64,000 bases of DNA. Origin: an uncultured virus (IMG/VR IMGVR_UViG_3300037067_015069). Taxonomy: Duplodnaviria; Heunggongvirae; Uroviricota; Caudoviricetes. Each line of letters opens with the position of its first letter. The first letter of the stretch is position 1. The stretch is taken from positions 1 to 64,000 of IMG/VR virus record IMGVR_UViG_3300037067_015069, one strand, 5' to 3'. Shown piece after piece: positions 19,036 to 29,100 of this stretch. The translations under genes were made by a program, and so were the position numbers. The notes beneath the pieces are model-generated. The model did no database searches, was not told the DNA's origin, and saw nothing but the letters and a program-made list of their open reading frames with translations.

Positions 19036-19925
19036 ACATAGATTCTAGTTTTCCCAGGAAGAATATCCCCTCCGGAATCCATAGAGTTGTTATAATATAG
19101 TGAAAAAGGCAGGGAAATCATATCAGCCCCGCCATAAAGAATTACAGGCTGACCACCAACCGCTAAGATTTTTCCATATTCTCTGGGTTGTGGTAGGGTC
19201 CCAGAATCACTTTGTGGCCGATCATAGACTACCCGTATGCCATCTGGTATAGTAGAAACCGTAATTACAAATCCTCCTGGAGGAATTGGGGCTAATGGAT
19301 CGAAAGAACTTTTCTGACTAGTAGATGAAAGAATCCATTTTACTAAGGCTTGCTCAGGTGGGGTACCCCCCAACTTTGNNNNNNNNNNGTCAACAGAAAC
19401 AGAACCATATAAAATTTCAATGATGTTGGGGGTTGGCTGACCTCCCACAGGCTGTACACTTTGTTTGAAAAAAGCCACCATTTGCCGAATGAAAGAAATA
19501 AGCCTTTGGATTTCTGAAATGTCCACAGACAGATAGAAAAACAAAGCTAAAGTTTTCGTATTTCCTGAAATATGCGGAGTCGTTGGATCTGTCTGATCTG
19601 TCAGACGAGCAATCATCCTACGCTCATACTCCGAAAAACCACCTCGAAGATCCTCATATGGATAATCTAATAGTTTCCAATCTCCTGCTAAATAAATACC
19701 TAGTTGCCTAAGGTCATTTAAAAATCCTTCAATTTCATCCAAAATTGCCTGAACCAATGCTGAGATAGGGTCCAAAAAACCTATTGCAAAAGTTTTGATA
19801 AATTCTGCAAGGCTAACTGCTATATCCAAAATAGACACCAAAAATTCTGTAACACTATTAAGATCATCCCTAATAGCTTCAAGAAAATCCGGAGTCTCAA
19901 AGGATATTGTTCCCCACTGCGACAT
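19023..19925 (-). CDS. Hypothetical structural protein (N-terminal part); spans a 10-N assembly gap
   Basis: 300-aa ORF whose ATG overlaps the upstream TAA (TAATG); amphipathic helical N-terminus. Confidence 0.55.
   Translation of the reverse strand: MSQWGTISFETPDFLEAIRDDLNSVTEFLVSILDIAVSLAEFIKTFAIGFLDPISALVQAILDEIEGFLNDLRQLGIYLAGDWKLLDYPYEDLRGGFSEYERRMIARLTDQTDPTTPHISGNTKTLALFFYLSVDISEIQRLISFIRQMVAFFKQSVQPVGGQPTPNIIEILYGSVSVDXXXXKLGGTPPEQALVKWILSSTSQKSSFDPLAPIPPGGFVITVSTIPDGIRVVYDRPQSDSGTLPQPREYGKILAVGGQPVILYGGADMISLPFSLYYNNSMDSGGDILPGKTRIYVCGL
19379..19388. other. Assembly gap (10 N)
   Basis: Run of n in the sequence. Confidence 0.98.
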
Positions 19926-20104
19926 TAGATGCCCCCACCATGTTGAAGCCTTATTAGCTGCTCCCGCAATTTCGCAATTCCTTTCATTTCCGTACTTACC
20001 TTAGCTTCTAGTAATGCCTTCAACTTGGTTAGCATCTCAACTTGAGATTCTAACAGAATAGGCTTTACGGTTTGCTCAGGAAGTTCTTTCCATTCAGGGG
20101 TCAT
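19925..20104 (-). CDS. Small coiled-coil protein (59 aa, MTPEWKELPEQ...LQHGGGI), missing from the ORF track
   Basis: Hand-translated; ATGA overlap with the 3843-aa gene stop and TAATG overlap with the next start; fills the gap exactly. Confidence 0.75.
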   Translation of the reverse strand: MTPEWKELPEQTVKPILLESQVEMLTKLKALLEAKVSTEMKGIAKLREQLIRLQHGGGI

Positions 20105-23100
20105 TCTACATTCTCCAAAGATTTTTGTAGTAGTAAATTAGCTTTTTGTTCCACTAATCGTTCAGGCAGCTCTAAGTCATACCGAGCAATAGATGCCAAG
20201 GTGCCTAGAATTTTATGGGTTCTGTAAGCCAACCAAATATATCTAATTGGTCTAAATCTGTCTGTGCAGTTCAAAACCTCGTCAATCCGTTCTGTCAACA
20301 TTGGTCGTACCCCAGAACCTCCTCCAGTGGTATCACTATACGCAGTATAAGGAGTTTCCCCAGGTCCTAGCAACTTCATACCCGCGGCACCATCCCAAGT
20401 TAAATTATCTAATCTTTCATCAAAAATCCAGAAACGACGATCCAGAAAAGAAAGACAACCCCCGTTATTTGCAAAAGGAACCGTATCTACTTTTCCCAAC
20501 ACAAAACCTAGATAAGGATTAGACATCACCCCTAATCCAACTCCAGGATCCAAAGGATCTCCTAAATCTGCACAGTGCTCATCCCTTTGGAATATAAAAT
20601 AGGTGCTGTCTTTACTAAGCAGCCCTCTTAACATCTGGATTAAACTTAAAACTCTTTCCCTACCCATCAGGATTAGGTCAATAGCCTCATCTGAAAATAG
20701 TGGGGATGGGCGAATTATTGAGTATCCAAAGGGCCGCATAGAATGCCCTAAATTACCCGTTTTGAAAGACTTAGTGCCTGCATCTCTAATTTTAGTAGGG
20801 CGTAAATCCATCTGACCTTCATCATGGTTACCTGGATCTATAAAAGGAGCTTGTTTTAAGGCTGAATCTGAAACCGTAGGGTAGACCGCATAAGCTCTGG
20901 TAACATCTGAAGAGTCGAAAATTACTGGAGCATCGTAACTACCTGCAAAAGTATTTACTGGCTGAACCAATAAATGCGGTGTGGGGGAACTAACTACTTG
21001 AGTTACCCTATAGAATCCCCGATTGTCATCCAGTAGGCTAGGTTTTCCTGCTGCATAAATAGGAGCCCCTCTTGGAGCTACCCCAATATCACCTATTGGG
21101 TAAAATCCTTTTTCCGAAGTTGCGGGAAGTCCCCCCACTTGAGGAATTGTTGGAGAAGGATCTACAATAAGAATATCCCCTTTCCGCACACCTAAAGCGG
21201 CAAAGGTAGCAGTGCCTCCCGCGGCATTTAAATCATCATACAAATTATTTACACAAGCACTATAACTTGGTCCTACTGGGGCTATCCCCACCTCAGGAGT
21301 ATAGCCACCTTTCCCTGTAGCCCAATCAGGTACAGTCCTAGTTACTTCTAAATCCGACATCAAGTATAAAAGCTGTCCATAGGATTGTTCATGTGGTACA
21401 GGAGCTTGTTTAAGATAAATTTCAAAGCGCATTCCAGTCAAGCTGGAAGTTTGTAAACCTGGGGGGGCTAGTCGGATTTGATCTGGTCCCAATACCGATT
21501 GGATTTCTACTTCTTCTAGCAAATCCCCATTAGCATCCAACAACCTAAAAGAATCTCCTGTGTGAATGTTAACCTCTGAGTCCGTAAAGATACCTAGATT
21601 GGTTCCTGTGTAAACCCCCCCATCATTCCATACGTCGGGAGACCAGGGGGCTGTAGGGGGCTTGGTGCTTTCCCAATTCATGGTAAAGCCCGAAGCTGTG
21701 ACCACCCCACGTTGCTGGGTGTCCGCTAAATACGAAGTTATGCGACCTCTACGAATTTCATAAGCAAACTGAAGGGGTCTAATTTCTTGTGCTGTTGTAT
21801 TTGTATTATGCCACCTACGGATTCTACGAATCTCAAAAGAAACAGCATCTGGTTCTGCAAAGGTAGTCCCTTGGATATCATACTCCCGAACATCTCGCAT
21901 TCCAATTTCCCGATCTCGGTCATGGGCTGCCAAACCAGGGTCTGGTAAATTATGAGTAGCATCCACTAACCGTTGGTACCCCACATCTAAATTTAAAGAA
22001 GATCTAGGTACAGAAGGCTCCAGGAAAATACCTGCTTGTGCTTGGAATCCTTCTGTATCTAACGGAGCAGCTAAAGGATTCTCTAATCTAAGTACCGTTC
22101 CTGGGAGAAGACATTTAACCTGATTAGATCCAAAACCCCAGGCAGCAGCAGGGATATTAACAGAAGCCCATAAAGTAGAGGGTGCTACACTCAACGTATT
22201 TAGATTTAAAGTATGTACTATCCAAGGATATATTGGGGTGTCTGTTTCTGTTACAAACTGATTACTAGACTCCAATACTGCATCTACTACTAAAGTAAGG
22301 GTGTCCTGTAGAACCCCTACCTTTCTTAAAGGATAGTATCCAGCACCTACTGGGAAGTCTCCATCAAATACCGCAGATGTCCCTCCAGTAGGAGATTCAA
22401 ACTGCACCCATCGAAACCCATATTGGGCATAATTTGGAAAAGGAGGTATTCCCTCACTATCACTATCATAACCCACACAGTTATTAGCAGGAAGACCGTA
22501 TTCTGAACCGGATACTTTTACTGGAAGATAGCGCATTCCTGACACTTCATAGCCACCGGAACTAACATAACTTGAAAACTGTGAGGCTGTCAAAGCTGTT
22601 CCAAAAGCATCTCGATAATCAGTCAGTGTGAAATAACCTTCTGGTCCGGGTCCCGGACATTGTATCAAAGTATAGGCAGCACTTAATACTGAATATCTCC
22701 ATACTGTTTCATGAATGGAAGCCAGCCCTGAAACATTACGTATTATATAGATCCTAGGATTTGAAGCATATAAAGTTGTAAAACCACATAAAGTACCACC
22801 AACTAGCACCCCCCCTCGGGCAGGAGCCAAATCCGTTATAATTAACTCATTCGTTGCCGAATCAAAAGATACAACCTTAGGGAAGTGTACAGGACACCAA
22901 CCCTCTTCAGTTCCTGCAGTAGTGCTAGGTGCAACTAATTTATATTGCAAACCTGGAGAGGGTTTTACAGAATGCCTAACAACATAGGTTCCAGCATGAA
23001 CAGTTGCGGGATGGTTTGAATCAGTAGAAGTTTTTATTACTAAAAGGTCTCCTGGAACTACTCTATCTTCATCTCCTACCCCAAGTATTAAATTGGCTAC

Positions 23101-26100
23101 ACGATTATCCCACTTACCAATTTGTTCTGGGGGAAGATCTGAGTTAAATTGACTTGAGGTTAAACCATCACCAACACAAATTAAACCTGTTTCATCATAT
23201 GCCGTCGAAGGAATTGCTGAAAAAGTCACATCGGCAGTTGTTTCAATAGGAGTATTGTTAAACCCTTCAAAACCCATTACCCGAACAGAACCACGTTCTG
23301 TTTGCAACCCAGTTCGTACAGACCAATCCCCAATAGTGTGATCATCCAACCTTGGGACAAAAGTAAACGGATCTGCGGTAGTCCAGCTTATATCCCCATC
23401 CGCCACACCGCTAAGGACAGGCTCATTTACATAAACTTCCGTATCAAATCCAGATCTTCTGCAAGCATTAACCGTATAGCTGCCATCGTTTCCGGTGCTA
23501 TTTGCAACTGTGATCGTATCCCCCACAATAAAGGAATCCGTCCAATCACCAGCCACTGTGAAGTCACCAAAAATAACACTGACACCTATAATAGCAACGG
23601 GGCCCAAAGTTCTAGTCCCATTACACAGATTGTTTATTGTGCTGCGACTAGTAGTAGACATACCCGCGGGATGATGTCCTACTATAGTTTCTGTTATCTG
23701 TAATCTAGATTCCAGGCTGATTCCAGACTGAGGGTGCACATAACCACGTTTCTTTGCCCAACTCAAATCATACAAATCATTGAAAGTTAACCGATCTTGG
23801 TCAATCCAACCCGTGCTAGATTGACCTCCCATCAGATCAGCTCGAACATCAAAAGCCCACTCAAGACCATATAAAGTATATTGAATTTGAGTTGGCAGCC
23901 CCGAATCTATCACAGCATATGGCAAAAACCAATGATTTTCTGTACCTGGTGCTGCTAGAAATGGTATTATCCCTGTAGCGTTAATGTAGATCTGCCTATT
24001 GTTTATTACTGGTGCTAATACTGGAAAATGTGTCCCAAACGTAGGGTCCACAACTAATGCAAAGGGTCCATAGAAATTACCTTGGTAGTCAAGCAAACTA
24101 ACTTGGTTAGCCTGTATGTCCATAGTCAATGCTATCTGACCCCCGGCTCCGGATGAAGGTAATGGATTTGGTCCTGCGGGTCCCGTAGTAATATCTGTAT
24201 CTCTGCGAGCTATAATTTTTATTATCAAATGGTTGTTCGGTAACAAACCATTAATAATATCGTTAAAGTTGCCTGTTGCAATGGTTTGCCCATCATTTAG
24301 AATTACTGCAGTATTGCCAACTACATCATCAAAATCCAATATAGTTAAACCTGCAGCCAAATTTTCAGTTATATAAATCCCGTGTTGGTTTCCAGGGTTT
24401 AGTTGTGGTTGCGCTTCGTATGCTCCTTGTACATAACTCATAGCGTTGATAAAAGAATACCTTAAGGTATCACCAGTTATAGTACTAGCTGCTCCCGGAG
24501 CTTTTGTAGCAGTCACAAATCTGGGGGTTTCTATTCTGGAAGAATTACCGATACCACTATAATAAGTCCCAACAGATTGAATTCCTTGGGGTCCTTGAAT
24601 AGGTCCCAAACCAGTAGTGAAAGAGCCGTTTCCTGTTTCTGTTTTCACCAAAAGCAGATCATAACGACTCAAATCCCCAATGCCTACGTCTGTTGATCCG
24701 TGAGATACGGGTCTTACATCAATACTTGAAGTAAGAGTAGCTGGGAAGAACCCCTCAGTGATAGAGATATCCCCATCTGTGCCTACAAACTCATCTGGAT
24801 ACTGATAACCTCCAATAGAATCTAAAGTAGTCATTATTTCGATCAAACCTACGGAAGCTTGATCAAACCTTTCTTTCTCAGTGTTCCCCGTACGTAAGTA
24901 AGGAATCTGATAATCTCCAGAATCATCCTGAGGAAGACCTAATAAAGCGGGATTTCCAAAAGGATTCTGATAGGGATAGCTAAAACAAACCTCACCTTCT
25001 AAGGTAGATAGAGGTAAAGGAGGGCTTTGCCCTAAGGTTTCTTTAAGCCCTAGAGGAGAAGGATCCGCAAAAGAAGGCAAAGTAGCATCTATAACTTCCC
25101 CTTCAGAAGTAACTTTCACATCAAAGCCTATTCTGAAGGACCCATTACTATTTGCGGCATCTTCTATAGATTCATACTCTGGAGGATCTGGAAGAGAAGC
25201 TGGATTCCGGTCTCCTGTTTTAGGAACCGCAAATAAAGTATCCCCTTGAATGATAGGGAAATAGTCTGCCCGAACCCCAACTCCTGTTGCAGTACCAACT
25301 AAAACGTTATCTGGATCTGTTAGTGCTATCCAAGGGGCTGGGGGCGCGGGCCAAACTACAGGCACAGGAGCAGAATAGAACGTAACGACACATCCATACA
25401 AAACTTGGTTTACAAAAATACTAAGATACGTTGGAATTCCAGCTACTGTTACAGGACTCCCCCCATCATAGGACGGGTAAACTTTCCCGTCTGGCTGACC
25501 CCAACAAATTTGATCATATTGCAAAAATCCGGGTACAGACATCTCCGGATCCCCAGTTGTGGCATCAGGTAGGGAGCCCCCCTGAGAGAGTAGTTGTGCA
25601 TCGTCTGGAAATCCAGTTGCTGGGTTTACGGTAACCCTAGACAACTCAACGGGAAAAACTATCAAACAAGGATCTGTAATCGCAGGAGACAAACCTGAAG
25701 AAAAAACTCCAGCTGGAATACCATTTGGATAGTAGCCCCAAACTCTTCCCCTAGCTAATCTTTTCTGTAACTCCACAGACCCTATTTGAGTAATATCCCC
25801 TAACGCAGGGTTTGCAATCTGACCAATTTGAGTGCCGCTAGTTCGTTGCATTTCTCCATCAATAACTCGGCCCGCAGTATAAACCCCTGCGTCCCCAGAA
25901 TCCTCATCAGATCCTGCTCCTGGACCTACCCTAAAGAAAGCTTTGGTTACAGTAGGGAACAGTCGGGAAAGCTTGTGCTGCTCCCCCATCTTTCTATATG
26001 TACCTTGAGCCCTGAACTTGAACCAGGGATAGTAAGACAAAGTTTCTGTAGTGGGTTTGCCCAACCTGACTAGAACGATGTCATCTACATCATTCTTTAT

Positions 26101-29100
26101 TAACGCCCCTTGAATTTTAGAAAGCTTTTCTAAAATACTAGAGTTAGGGAGTTCTCCGGAAACAACACTATCCACAACCAAAGCGGTTTCTGGGGTTACA
26201 ATCCAATCTCCAAGTTGAGCATAGATAGCTAAACTTGGATTCTGGTCATTTAGTACGTCAGACCACACATTCCTAGCTGTGAGTAACCCACTAATGTCAT
26301 CTTCAAAACCTGGAGTTGGGTAATCTTTTCCAAAACCTCTCCAAAACCTAAATTTACCGTCTCGGTCTCCAATAAATTTTCCTGTAATAGTTTCTAAGAC
26401 TTGCTCAAAACCAATAACTGTATCATTGTAAAACCCTAAGAAGACTCGGGCGGCCCGATCCTTGTCCAGTAAGTTTTTACGTTCTCCTTTTAGCCCAACC
26501 CTACCTTGATCCCAATTATCTAAGCCTTCGGCAGAGACGTTGATGGGCCCTCCCACGGGTTGCTTCGCTTGGATTTCAGCCACTGCTTCTTGCGCAGCTT
26601 CTCCCAGATAAGAACGTAAAGTCAAGGCCCTAAAGTAAAAAGTATCTGGATTTGCAAAAGTATAAGTTGCTGTTACCTGACTGTCTAACAATCCATTTTG
26701 TTCTGAAGGAATTGTGTTATACAGATAATCTGCAGCTACTCTTGGCGTTGCAATAATCCCATCTTGTAAAAAAGGCTGGAGCATTTTCAGCTTGGTGAAA
26801 GATGCTAATGCTAACTTCTCCCCAGCGCCCAAAACCTCCTGTACGGGACTTAGTAACTTGACTTGACCATTAGAGGCATCCAAAGAATACTCTACATTAG
26901 CTACTAAAGTTCGTCCTGGTCCAAAAGTTGGGTATAAAACCAATTCAAAAGGCTCAGTGTCTAATACTGACCCGCCACCTAAAAATTCTCTAGAGTTTGG
27001 TGGGTATATGGGTCTATAAGAAAGCTTAACGGTTGAGGGAACCCTATACTCAGACTGGAATCCCGAAGTTAATGTAATCTTGGTCCTAGACCCATCCTCG
27101 TTTAGTTCTGCGGTAGCAATAGTAAACGGACAACCCCCTACTTCTAGAATATGCCCTGGAATTGCAAATTGTGTTAGGTTACCTCGGAAAACTATAGTCT
27201 TTTGACCTTTAGTTACCGGGTCAAATGGGAAAATACTAGTATCAATAACGGACATAAACCCTGTAGGAGCTGTAGTAACTACAGGGTAGCCATCTGGATC
27301 AACTACTGTGGTAATCGGATTTGCCGAAATAAAAGAGATAACATCGTTTCCAGGAGCCCTACTTCCAACCTCAGTCACTGTAGGTGGAAAAACCCCTACT
27401 GACGTGACATCCTCGGCAGAGTAATACTTTAAAGACTTCACATAGAAACACTCTGAACCCAATCTTAATAGCTGCCCTAGCTGAAATTCAAAAACTCGAT
27501 CTCCCCGTAAACCAAATCTAGATTGATTTGCCGTAATATAAAAAGGTGGTCTGTAAACCGGTTTTTGAGAAGTTTCAAAGGAACGTTCCCCCCCAGTAGT
27601 CTCATAAACCGCATAAGTTACAGTTACCGGAAGATAGTCGGCCACAACTTTACTGATAAAAGTTATCCGACCTTGACCATTTAGATCTGACGGATAGTCT
27701 ACGACATAATCTAAAGACCCAAAATTTTGCATTGTGGGTCCAATATAAACTATGGGCTCTATCGTTTGATCTACAGTGTAAAGGAAGGCACTGTTAAACA
27801 AATAAGTGTTTTGCTTTTGCCTGATACTTAGCTCATCCCTAACAAAAACAGGTAGGAATTCAGTAATCTGATCTCCAATTTTCCTACCTTCTAGATTGGC
27901 CGCCCAATAAGAAACCTCTACTACGGACCCCGCGGGAAGTGGGTTGTTAGGAGAAAAAGAACCGGAAAGCGGGCTTATCGAAACGTCTTTGCGTTCTTCC
28001 GTTATCAGCTGTTCTACAAAATAACACTTTGCCCCAGAATGATTAGTTAAATCATCTTGAGATAGGTTTATCTCTCCGGTATTTGGATCAAGCTCTGCCT
28101 GACCTAAAGATAACAACGCTGCCGAAAAGAACTCTTCTACATAAGACACCGTAGCAGAAACATAAGTACTGATTAAACTGGAATTAAATCTCAAAGTACC
28201 TTTTGCATAAGCCCCATCTACAGTTAGGTACTCAACCCCTACTGGATTAGCACTAAAAGAAGCTACCCCTACTGGCATAAACTTGGTGGTGCCAATTTTA
28301 ATTGAGAAAGATCCCGTGGAAAATCTTAAAGATCCAGTATTAGGGACTACCAAAACATTATTAGCTAAGGTACCAAGAGTCGTTTGGGTAAGGGTGGCTA
28401 AAATCGCCACATTTCCAGAATTTGCGTGGGCTAACCCAAATCTTAATGCTAAAACCCGACCACTTTTAACGGCACCTTCCACACTAGCTTTTAAAGCAGT
28501 GCTTCCGCCAACCGTTCCAGCATAAGACAGAACCTTAACCACAAAAGGTTCTGTCTGCAAATGATTAAACTCTTTGTAATTTTGGTCCGCAACTAAAGCT
28601 GGATCATATACTGAATCTGGATACCCAGCATAAAGTTCCCAAGTGATCTTTTGCGTGGAGGTATAAATAAAACTTGGAGATACAACTACGGTTGACCCTG
28701 CTGCACTTTGAACAATGTAAGATCCAGTCTCATCTCCAGAAGTTAGTTTAAGCCGACAACCTGCCGTTACAGAACTAAAATCTATGTCGGTATCTGTAAA
28801 AGTACCAGAACCTGCAGTTGTTACCCCATTGGCTCCGGAAAAAAGTTTGGCTCCAAAACGTTCTATAAGTACCGCATTTCCAGAGATTCCATCCTGAGGT
28901 AAGATGTAATCTATATCTTGAGTCTGAAAACTATTTGCACCGCCATCCTCTGAAATATATAAGCCCCCTCCAATATCTGGGGCCCCTAGCATAGATTCTG
29001 GAACGATTCCCAAATGACCCAAAGGAAGGGTAGCTGTTGCCGTTAAAAGCTCTGTTTCTTGTAAGTCTCTCTCCACCCAATCAAACTTATTCTGCCCAAA

